Below, piece after piece: positions 1 to 7,950 of a stretch of DNA of 61,376 nt (the first letter of the stretch is position 1; every line of letters starts with the position of its first letter). Under the pieces are notes generated by a model. It was not told the origin of the DNA, did not search any database, and saw nothing but the letters and a program-made list of their open reading frames with translations. Source of the DNA: a virus; the IMG/VR virus record IMGVR_UViG_3300037483_000245. One strand, written 5' to 3'. Made by a program: the position numbers and the translations under genes.

Positions 1-127
1 TACCACCCATTATGACTACGAGTCAAGTCCCTGTGTCAGATTTTTTTGTGTACCGTGGGGCGCCCATTCCCTCATTCAGCACCCCACCCCACCCCCTTCC
101 GAGAATCGAGAGATCTCCCTAACCATT
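1..127. repeat. Terminal direct repeat identical to 61250..61376 (circular-assembly overlap or terminal redundancy)
   Basis: Bases 1-127 (TACCACCCATTATGAC...CTCCCTAACCATT) recur exactly as the last 127 bases of the window. Confidence 0.9.
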
Positions 128-366
128 CGCTGCATATATATTGACAAGGCCGTTGCAGTCGATAGTGATGCGGCCGCGCTGGATGCATCGAGCGTGTCAG
201 GCTGAGCTAATGCAGTCGTACGTTAGGCTACATTCGACGTATATACTTTACCGCGAGAGATAGCAGCTGCAACGGTCATGTTGGGAGAATGGTAGCAGCT
301 ACGTTATGGCGCCAGCGTGCAGTTGGCATACTTCTTGAATGCGGAAAAAAGTTGGTCAATATGATG

Positions 367-401
367 ACTATATCCTTGACACGCGGCCGCTGAGGATATA
401 G
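367..401 (+). promoter_or_regulatory. TTGACA -35-like hexamer (376-381) bracketed by inverted copies of the GGATATAG motif (367-375 reverse, 394-401 forward)
   Basis: ACTATATCC-TTGACA-N12-GGATATAG read directly. No good -10 at ideal spacing. Lies about 45 nt upstream of the first plus-strand gene. Confidence 0.35.
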
Positions 402-442
402 CTTGTTGGCATCGATCAACAAACAAACGGAGGAAACGACAA

Positions 443-688
443 ATGGAAACCGTCACGGTCCGCATAAACACAAACACAAACAACACCGCTTTCTACAAAA
501 ACGGAGACTACGCACCCAACAAAGAAGTCGCGCGCATTCTCCGTCTGGCCGCTCAATACGTAGCGGACGGAGACTTCACGCGCTCGCTTCATATCGACGG
601 AAACACCGTCGGTGTGTTGCAGTTGAGCGATGCCCGAGGGAACACGGCCGCCGTGATTCAGTGGAGCGGATCCGAGCCCAATAAGTAA
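443..688 (+). CDS. hypothetical protein (81 aa), first gene of the plus arm
   Basis: ORF track. SD ACGGAGGA 8-9 nt upstream of ATG. TAA stop. Confidence 0.6.
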   Translation: METVTVRINTNTNNTAFYKNGDYAPNKEVARILRLAAQYVADGDFTRSLHIDGNTVGVLQLSDARGNTAAVIQWSGSEPNK

Positions 689-692
689 CCCA

Positions 693-768
693 GTGACAAA
701 AATTGTCACTCACACTGACAAAAATTGTCACCTGACAAAAAATGGCATAGTGTCAAGTTAGCTTGACA
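693..768 (+). promoter_or_regulatory. Operator array: GTGACAA-AAA-TTGTCAC (693-709), TGACAAAAATTGTCA (716-730), degenerate TGACAAAAAATGGCA (733-747), TGTCAAG-TTAG-CTTGACA (751-768). Possible promoter CTGACA-N17-AAAAAT inside
   Basis: Inverted repeats read directly in the 689-787 intergenic gap. Confidence 0.45.
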
Positions 769-787
769 TAGAAAAGGGGAGACAGCC

Positions 788-1048
788 ATGACACACGCAA
801 CAGATAACTACGAGTACCACATTGGATGCGGCGGGACCATCCTCACCGCGACAGATCACTACTACTGCGACCGCTGTGGGGCATACCAGTATCACGACGT
901 AGACGACGATTTCCCGACGGGCCGTGACCCGGTCAGTAATCGGGAAGCATGGGACAGCGGCGAGGACAGATCACCGGACGCATTTCCACAGCGGATCCGA
1001 GCTTGTTGGCATCGACCCGGCATCAACAAACAAACGGAGGATATATGA
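788..1048 (+). CDS. hypothetical Cys-containing protein (86 aa)
   Basis: ORF track. SD AAGGGGAG upstream. Stop overlaps the next start (ATGA). Confidence 0.55.
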   Translation: MTHATDNYEYHIGCGGTILTATDHYYCDRCGAYQYHDVDDDFPTGRDPVSNREAWDSGEDRSPDAFPQRIRACWHRPGINKQTEDI

Positions 1049-1401
1049 CCGAAGTCCGAGCTTATAGAGTTAGCGGCGGTTACCTGTTCGTTCATCCACA
1101 TACAAAGGGATGGAATGGGCGGATCGTCCGCGCGGATCGCGTCAACAGGGTACTCAGGGCTGTTAAGGAACGCGCACGCAGGCGTCGTGGGGCGCTCGAA
1201 GAGGAAGCCTACAGTGATGGCCAATTCAGGTCATTGGAGCGTGCTGCTCGTCTCGCCGCTGAGTCTGCCGAACTGGTCAATAGACTTGCAGGGGTGATTC
1301 AGTGCGCTCACAACTGCTACGGCACAACGCACGAGGGCCAAAACTGTGATTGCGTCGAATGCTGTCCGATCTATTGCGACCATTGCGGCCGCATGTTGTA
1401 A
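1045..1401 (+). CDS. hypothetical protein with Cys-rich C-terminus (118 aa)
   Basis: Internal ATG of ORF 949..1401, preceded by ACGGAGGA. C-terminal CAHNC..CDCVECC..CDHC cluster. Confidence 0.6.
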   Translation: MTEVRAYRVSGGYLFVHPHTKGWNGRIVRADRVNRVLRAVKERARRRRGALEEEAYSDGQFRSLERAARLAAESAELVNRLAGVIQCAHNCYGTTHEGQNCDCVECCPIYCDHCGRML

Positions 1402-1432
1402 AAACATTCAAACAGGAACCGGAGGAAAGACA

Positions 1433-1726
1433 ATGGGAAAGTCCATCGACGGAGGGCTGTGCAACAATCGTAGCATCGACGGAGAGCGTATTTGTTGGAT
1501 CCACGCCCTCGGGCCCGGCGGGTCCCTCCTGTGGGCGGCTCAGGCGCAGGTGGCTCTCGAGCAGGGCCGGTGCGCGGAGTACACGGATTACGCGGCGTTC
1601 GAGCGCGATGTCGCGGAGGTGATCGCGCGCGAACTGAATGAGTGGATCGGGCAAATGAGTGGATCGGCCGCCACGTCAATTGTCACGGCGAACTTGCCTG
1701 ACCACTATACAGCGCGGACAGCGTGA
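1433..1726 (+). CDS. hypothetical protein (97 aa)
   Basis: Internal ATG of ORF 1346..1726, preceded by the conserved leader CAGGAACCGGAGGAAAGACAA. Confidence 0.6.
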   Translation: MGKSIDGGLCNNRSIDGERICWIHALGPGGSLLWAAQAQVALEQGRCAEYTDYAAFERDVAEVIARELNEWIGQMSGSAATSIVTANLPDHYTARTA

Positions 1727-1756
1727 CCTGCTACCAGGAACCGGAGGAAAGACAAA

Positions 1757-1831
1757 ATGAACGAGCAGAGCAATCCGGACTATCAGACGTTGGGCGCTGT
1801 AGGGGTTACCACGTATAGCCTACCTGCCTGA
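1757..1831 (+). CDS. possible 24-aa micro-ORF
   Basis: ATG preceded by an exact second copy of the leader CAGGAACCGGAGGAAAGACAA. Very short. Confidence 0.3.
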   Translation: MNEQSNPDYQTLGAVGVTTYSLPA

Positions 1832-1852
1832 ACTGGTAGGGTAGGTTATAAC

Positions 1853-1895
1853 GTGGCAATCGTGCCACTTCTGTGACCTGTGGCAATCGTGCCAC
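1853..1895 (+). promoter_or_regulatory. Two identical 16-bp palindromes GTGGCA-ATCG-TGCCAC (1853-1868, 1880-1895)
   Basis: Perfect inverted repeats 27 bp apart, just upstream of the gene at 1911. Confidence 0.5.
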
Positions 1896-1910
1896 GAAAG
1901 CGAGGAAATC

Positions 1911-2336
1911 ATGCACTACACAGACTCTGACGCCGAACCTTTAACGGAATTGCGACTCGAAATCCCGGACAATGATTCCCTGCGACAGTTCACCCTGGGA
2001 TACGTTGCGGCCTTACTGTTCTCAGAATGTCCCGATATGGACGCGGGCGGGTCATTTCTGGATGAAAACTATACGTGGGATGATATCGCCCCTGAGTCGC
2101 AGGCCGCCATTCTCACCACGTGTCGAGACTTCTATCAGGCGCACGAATCCGACATTCTGGAGTACGGTGAAAGCGCGGCAGGGAATGATTTTCTGTTCAC
2201 ACGCAACGGGCATGGTTGTGGATATTGGGAGCATCACGGCACGCCGGAAGTCTGTGACCGTTTGGACGCAGCTGCCAGTTCGGAAGGCGAGACGTATGCA
2301 TTTCTGGATGATGACGGGCTAATTCACGTCTCATAA
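1911..2336 (+). CDS. highly acidic hypothetical protein (141 aa)
   Basis: ORF track. SD GCGAGGAA. Asp/Glu-rich. Motif GNDFLFTRNGHGCGYWE. Confidence 0.7.
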   Translation: MHYTDSDAEPLTELRLEIPDNDSLRQFTLGYVAALLFSECPDMDAGGSFLDENYTWDDIAPESQAAILTTCRDFYQAHESDILEYGESAAGNDFLFTRNGHGCGYWEHHGTPEVCDRLDAAASSEGETYAFLDDDGLIHVS

Positions 2337-2369
2337 CGTAACTCAAGAACGAACGAACGGAGAACGCTA

Positions 2370-2630
2370 ATGCATATTGAGCACGAATACTGGCTTTGCC
2401 CTGACTGCATGATTGTCGCAGTCAACGGCGATACCTCGGGACTGGAGACGGAAGAACGGGAACGGGACGTTCTGGACGGGCTGGATGTACTGGGCCGGTA
2501 CCTGGTTCCTAATTTCGACACGGAAACCGATGACGGTTACGAAGAGTTTTCGTGGCGAGGATGCGACAGCTGCAGCGAGAACGCGAACAAAGGCGGATCC
2601 TTCTACCGGTTCGCAACCCTGACCGGCTAA
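2370..2630 (+). CDS. hypothetical acidic CxxC protein (86 aa)
   Basis: ORF track. SD ACGGAGAA. CPDC ... CDSC pairs. Confidence 0.65.
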   Translation: MHIEHEYWLCPDCMIVAVNGDTSGLETEERERDVLDGLDVLGRYLVPNFDTETDDGYEEFSWRGCDSCSENANKGGSFYRFATLTG

Positions 2631-2657
2631 CATCTGCCAGGAACGGAGGAAATCAAA

Positions 2658-2945
2658 ATGATCAAAGTTGACGACCGTACGGAAGAACAGAAACAGACAC
2701 ATACGACACTCGTCAAGGCGCGAGATAACTTCATGTCGGGTTGGGGACAGGCGGAGAACGGATACAGTGTGTGCGCTTGGGCCTGCAAACCCGAGGATTC
2801 GCAGGCGGTGTATCGCCGGGTAAAGGCGCGCGGAGCAATGCGGTACGTTGCTATCGTGCCTGATACATACCGCCCGCCACGGTCGACTGCGCACTATCAT
2901 ATCTACGTCGTCGGCCCTGACCATCCCGCACTCGAAAACAACTAA
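2658..2945 (+). CDS. hypothetical protein (95 aa)
   Basis: ORF track. SD ACGGAGGAAA upstream. Confidence 0.65.
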   Translation: MIKVDDRTEEQKQTHTTLVKARDNFMSGWGQAENGYSVCAWACKPEDSQAVYRRVKARGAMRYVAIVPDTYRPPRSTAHYHIYVVGPDHPALENN

Positions 2946-2970
2946 CAGTAATACAAGAGGAAAATACATC

Positions 2971-3180
2971 ATGTATACATATACCAATTTCAAAACGAAA
3001 AAGGCATTAAAGGAAGCTATTGCAGCCGGGAAACAGGTCACCGTATTCCAGCCCGGGCCGTTCGGCGGTAACGAACCATCAAACGGTACCGTGTATCTCG
3101 AAGGACCACACTACCCCGCCGCGCATTCGTGGTATGCAGAAGCGACGTTGAAAGACGGTGTGATTGTCAAAGTCAAGTGA
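2971..3180 (+). CDS. hypothetical protein (69 aa)
   Basis: Internal ATG of ORF 2848..3180, preceded by AAGAGGAAAA. Confidence 0.55.
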   Translation: MYTYTNFKTKKALKEAIAAGKQVTVFQPGPFGGNEPSNGTVYLEGPHYPAAHSWYAEATLKDGVIVKVK

Positions 3181-3223
3181 TACTCATGCACATTAATCGT
3201 AATGCTAACGAAAGGGGCGAGTC

Positions 3224-3565
3224 ATGGCTGATATGAAGGTCGCAAAGTTTCTTGGAGTCTACAAAGGTAAGCGTGTCTACCGTTGGGGCGTTCGCGTAAT
3301 GATACACAAGTTGTTCGAATCCCGCGAGGTTGGACGGGTGACGATTGCCGCACCGTCGGCCGCGGACGCCTTGTATACCGTCAAGAAGGAATACTGTCAC
3401 AAGGTATTCGAACCGTTCGAAGTAGACACCTTGGGGCCAAAGGGCGGGAGATATGCCAGGTTCGCCGGTTGGGAGTCAATCATCTGGGAGATGATGAACG
3501 AACACGGAGACGGGAGACAACTGGCATTCTGCATGGCGCACAAATCATTCCACCGTCGTCAGTAG
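3224..3565 (+). CDS. hypothetical protein (113 aa), ends at TAG 3563-3565
   Basis: ORF track. SD AAAGGGG upstream. Confidence 0.65.
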   Translation: MADMKVAKFLGVYKGKRVYRWGVRVMIHKLFESREVGRVTIAAPSAADALYTVKKEYCHKVFEPFEVDTLGPKGGRYARFAGWESIIWEMMNEHGDGRQLAFCMAHKSFHRRQ

Positions 3566-3703
3566 TCAAGCTGCGAAGCATGCGGCTACGAATCAACTGA
3601 CGACGACGAGTTTGGGGGTCATATTCACTGGGCGGATAATCTGTTCTGCGTCGAGTGTCTCGGACTCGGTGTCAAATTAGACAAAGGTGGCAAGGCGGTT
3701 TAA
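3566..3703 (+). CDS. zinc-ribbon reading frame (45 codons, CEAC-N20-CVEC) with no canonical start, in frame with 3224..3565 across the TAG
   Basis: Hand translation: SSCEACGYESTDDDEFGGHIHWADNLFCVECLGLGVKLDKGGKAV then TAA at 3701-3703. No ATG/GTG/TTG in this frame. Confidence 0.3.
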   Translation, partial: SSCEACGYESTDDDEFGGHIHWADNLFCVECLGLGVKLDKGGKAV

Positions 3704-3817
3704 AGACAAGGCCTTACCCTTTCACCGCTGCCACCGCTCCGAAATCACACATGCGTGTCAAGTCCCGGCATTGCGCCGGAATTTCTAACCCTAAACCATT
3801 CTCGGAGGAATGCACAA

Positions 3818-4033
3818 ATGACACATCTTTCCCTCTCTCATCTGGCGAATGTGATCGCCGAATCTCGTATCAACGCCGACTCCCTTCGGCGGTACCAGGA
3901 CGCTGAGAACGACTACGACAAACTCACCGCCATGTTCGACGGGGGATACTGCCGCAACTGTGGCGCGAATCTCCCTGTCTCATCCGCGAAGAATCACGCG
4001 AGGGCGGGACACAAGATTGACTGGGAGTTGTAG
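3818..4033 (+). CDS. hypothetical protein (71 aa)
   Basis: Internal ATG of ORF 3755..4033, preceded by TCGGAGGAA. Confidence 0.6.
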   Translation: MTHLSLSHLANVIAESRINADSLRRYQDAENDYDKLTAMFDGGYCRNCGANLPVSSAKNHARAGHKIDWEL

Positions 4034-4107
4034 CCCATTCCACAACTGGCGAAAACCCACCACTAACGTCACCCGAGAAAGGCACCAATTATGGTAACTT
4101 TTCACTC

Positions 4108-4314
4108 ACTATATCCTACCCCCCGTTCACCCCCTGCACTATATCCCACAGTGTCGGCCGTTTCTAACCATTCGCTGCACACAATCCTTTGGGATATAGT
4201 CAGGGGCCGTAAGCTTGCGGGATATAGTGCATAGGATATAGTCCACATTCCAAACTTGGGTGTTTTTTGACGAATCCCTTCCTTTAATATATTCTCTTTC
4301 CTGTGGGATATAGT
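4108..4314. repeat. Cluster of six GGATATAGT motifs: reverse at 4108-4116 and 4138-4148, forward at 4191-4200, 4219-4228, 4233-4242 and 4305-4314
   Basis: Copies located by eye in a 270-bp non-coding gap. Confidence 0.8.
4267..4295 (+). promoter_or_regulatory. sigma70-like promoter candidate TTGACG-N17-TATTCT
   Basis: Hexamers read directly. Flanked by GGATATAGT motifs. Confidence 0.35.
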
Positions 4315-4350
4315 CGAGGCCCAAAAACACTAAAAGAAGGGATAGTCAAC

Positions 4351-5058
4351 ATGTTGACGAATGGTCCGAAAACGGGTGACAAAACTGACGCGGGAACGAA
4401 CGCTCGAAAGGGGGAGAAAGTGAACGCTCGAAAGGGGCGGCCGGTTTTCCGTGAGGGCCCCGGCCCTCTCGCCCCAAATGGCGACCGCACGACCGGCAGC
4501 AAAACAGAATGGGCGCTTCTCCGTCTCTACCACGCCCCTGAAGACGAACAGCAGAAGGTCAGGGAACGCTTTGACGCCCTCTGTAAACCCGCCCCCAACG
4601 GCTGCATCCTCTGGAATGGAACCAGCGCAGCCAAGAACCAGCCCATATTCTCACTCTACGGGGTGCTGGTGACGAGTTCTCGGGTGGCGTGGGTGCTACA
4701 CGGCAACTCACCCCCGCGCTTCACCACGAGGCTGCTACGTACCTGTATGAAGGGGCAGGAATGCGTTGCGGTGGGCCATTTCCAAACTCAGCCGACCCTA
4801 GCCGAGGCGAACCGGGTAAAGGGTAAGTGTCCGAATGGTCACCCATACGAGGGACGTAATCTGCTGATGGAGCGCACCAAGTCCGGCAGACGGCAGCGCC
4901 GGTGTGTCGAATGCATGCCGTTTTCGCTCAAAGCGCACGCGGTGTATATTGGCATGAGCATGGAGGATGTAGTCTATGACGAGGAACGCGGATACTGGGA
5001 GATTCGACCACGTCGAGAGGAAGGCGGCGAGGATAACAAAAGCGCAGGAGTTATTTGA
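4351..5058 (+). CDS. HNH-endonuclease-like protein, catalytic motif apparently degenerate
   Basis: CILWNG...SSRVAWVLHG pattern plus C-terminal CPNGHPY...RRCVEC resemble phage HNH proteins, but no H-x-CDN core is seen. Start moved to the ATG downstream of the 4305-4314 motif. Confidence 0.45.
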   Translation: MLTNGPKTGDKTDAGTNARKGEKVNARKGRPVFREGPGPLAPNGDRTTGSKTEWALLRLYHAPEDEQQKVRERFDALCKPAPNGCILWNGTSAAKNQPIFSLYGVLVTSSRVAWVLHGNSPPRFTTRLLRTCMKGQECVAVGHFQTQPTLAEANRVKGKCPNGHPYEGRNLLMERTKSGRRQRRCVECMPFSLKAHAVYIGMSMEDVVYDEERGYWEIRPRREEGGEDNKSAGVI

Positions 5059-5164
5059 CAAGGTGATCTCCGCGGACAAAGAGATCATGAGACTGCGGAG
5101 GTTAGTGCTGCAACTTGGCGGTGACCCGGATAGGGATGCGCCGCTGGAATGGAGGAGAGGGTAG
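4976..5164 (+). CDS. possible small coiled-coil protein (62 aa)
   Basis: ORF track. GGAGGA 8 nt upstream. Overlaps the previous ORF by 83 nt, so uncertain. Confidence 0.35.
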   Translation: MTRNADTGRFDHVERKAARITKAQELFDKVISADKEIMRLRRLVLQLGGDPDRDAPLEWRRG

Positions 5165-5166
5165 CC

Positions 5167-5364
5167 ATGCACGGAAACTGCCACTGTGTATTCGAACACG
5201 TCGCCGCTTGCTTCAACGCACCCGACCCGGTGCTTTTTGACTACTACGTCACGATCTCCGTGACGGTGAAGGCTTGCAACTTGGAAGAGGCCATCGAGGT
5301 TGCCGAGCAGGGGATTCATGCTGAGTTGTACCCGCTGAACGACATCCAGGCGGAGAGGGCGTAG
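5167..5364 (+). CDS. hypothetical protein (65 aa)
   Basis: Internal ATG of ORF 5149..5364, preceded by GGAGAGGG. Confidence 0.5.
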   Translation: MHGNCHCVFEHVAACFNAPDPVLFDYYVTISVTVKACNLEEAIEVAEQGIHAELYPLNDIQAERA

Positions 5365-5434
5365 ACTCTTGCCTCGCAGTCAATTCGTGTGATATCATGG
5401 ATACTCACGAGTAAATGGAAAGGAGTTCACACAC

Positions 5435-5566
5435 ATGTCAGTCAAGTTGATTTGCTCCCGCTGCGGGGCGGAGCGGGATGCACTGATCTACTGCAAGGGC
5501 TGCTGGTGCCTCGTCTGCCACGACTGCGTTGACGCCAGCAGAAAGTGCATCAAATGCCGTCGCTAG
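5435..5566 (+). CDS. 43-aa zinc-finger protein (CSRC..CKGC..C..CHDC..CIKC)
   Basis: Hand translation. SD AAAGGAG upstream. Eight Cys/His in pairs. Confidence 0.5.
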   Translation: MSVKLICSRCGAERDALIYCKGCWCLVCHDCVDASRKCIKCRR

Positions 5567-5575
5567 GGGGCCGTC

Positions 5576-5921
5576 ATGGCAGGGCGTAAGGGCCGGGGCA
5601 GGCCGTTCATCCCCCGTCGCCGCAAGGGATCAGGCACCGTTCGCAAGCGCAACAACGAGCAGATCAAGCAGGTGCTGATCTACATGCCGCGCACGATGGC
5701 CACCTGGTACACGAACAAATCCGTGGATCTGCTGCGTCGCGCTGGGCTGCCTGACCGTAATGGCATTGGCAATCGCAACTGGCTGATCATCGAAGCCCTG
5801 AGACTGTTCATGGTGAACTACAAGGCGAACCGGATCAAGCCAGAGCTGGAGACGGCAGACGTTGTTGAGGCGGAAGAGGACATGCAAGAGGATACAGATA
5901 CAACTGAGGAGGAGGCTTTTG

Positions 5922-5947
<26 letters not shown>
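5576..5947 (+). CDS. hypothetical protein with basic N-terminus and acidic C-terminus (123 aa)
   Basis: ORF track. AGGGGG upstream. Confidence 0.6.
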
Positions 5948-7058
<1,111 letters not shown>

Positions 7059-7066
7059 GAGGACAG

Positions 7067-7180
7067 ATGGAAGCAGTGATCGTGGTACTGGTTGTGTGGG
7101 CATTCGTGGAGATCTTGGAGAGACTAACAGTGAGGACACCGCCACCGGCAATGACAGCGAGGAAGAGGCGTAAATGGTAG
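7067..7180 (+). CDS. possible 37-aa membrane peptide
   Basis: Hand translation MEAVIVVLVVWAFVEIL.... Strong SD TAGGAGGACAG. Confidence 0.4.
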   Translation: MEAVIVVLVVWAFVEILERLTVRTPPPAMTARKRRKW

Positions 7181-7359
7181 TGCTGCTGCTCTCAGGTGCC
7201 GTGTTCGCTCTCATCATCCTCATTACCGTCGAAGTCTGGGTGCAGCAGCGAGATCTGCCCGCCGATTTCACCCCGCGGCGGATGTACGAACTGGACAGGG
7301 ACCACGGCAGAAAGGACGACCCGTGCCACAGCGAGAGATCTACATCTCCACAGACATAG
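7174..7359 (+). CDS. possible 61-aa membrane protein
   Basis: ORF track. Hydrophobic N-terminus. Overlaps both neighbours. Confidence 0.3.
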   Translation: MVVLLLSGAVFALIILITVEVWVQQRDLPADFTPRRMYELDRDHGRKDDPCHSERSTSPQT

Positions 7360-7832
7360 AGACTACGGGGCCTATCCCCGGCGAATACAGCATGATCTCG
7401 CTTGGCGCTGTTGCTGTAGACGTTGATGGCATCCTCGGCCGCCGGTTCAAAATGAACCTTCTTGAACTCCCAACCGCCTCCCGCCACCCTGACACAATGG
7501 AGTGGTGGAAGGGGTTTCCTCGTGAGTGGGAAGGGGCGACCGAGGACGCGCATCACCCCAAGGTCGTGATGGAAGCGTTCGTCAAGTTCGTCAAGGCCGC
7601 CTGCCAGCATGAAGACTCAGCAACGTCTGCCATCCCTGTCTTCGTCGGCAAGCCAGCCCACCGGGATTTCCAGTTCGTCTACTGGTATCTCATCAAGTTC
7701 TTAGGGGAGAGCCCATTCAGCCACAACCGCGCCATCAACATCCGTACGATGATCGCTGCTCAGCAGGCGGAAGTGTTCGTCAACGTGTTGAAGAGATTGC
7801 GCAGGGATGTCTACCTGGGAAAGGATCGCTGA
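7323..7832 (+). CDS. DnaQ-like (DEDD) 3'-5' exonuclease
   Basis: N-terminal IYISTDIETTG Exo I motif. GTG start. Confidence 0.65.
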   Translation: MPQREIYISTDIETTGPIPGEYSMISLGAVAVDVDGILGRRFKMNLLELPTASRHPDTMEWWKGFPREWEGATEDAHHPKVVMEAFVKFVKAACQHEDSATSAIPVFVGKPAHRDFQFVYWYLIKFLGESPFSHNRAINIRTMIAAQQAEVFVNVLKRLRRDVYLGKDR

Positions 7833-7950
7833 AAATGTTCGTGCGAAAACGACGAGAGACTGATTGGATGTTGATGATTATTACCGTGCTCGCTGTGGTA
7901 GCCAACCTGGTATCATTTCTGTGGTATCAGTGGTTGATTTGGAGGTACTG

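Noticed and set aside
172-392. Two NotI sites (GCGGCCGC at 172-179 and 385-392) as possible evidence of a cloned or synthetic insert
   Set aside because: Further GCGGCCGC sites occur inside ordinary genes (about 1385 and 14730). The flanked sequence has no vector-like features, so it is compatible with a GC-rich genome.
3563-3565. Genome-wide reassignment of TAG (amber) to a sense codon
   Set aside because: TAG closes several otherwise well-delimited genes (for example 4033, 5364, 5566, 7058, 25053). None of the tRNAs I could fold has a CTA anticodon.
4108-4314. A CRISPR array, considered here and for the 6348-7019 repeat
   Set aside because: The repeated unit is only 9-10 nt, occurs in both orientations and has irregular spacing. 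The other region is a coding trinucleotide repeat. Neither has the repeat-spacer periodicity of a CRISPR array.
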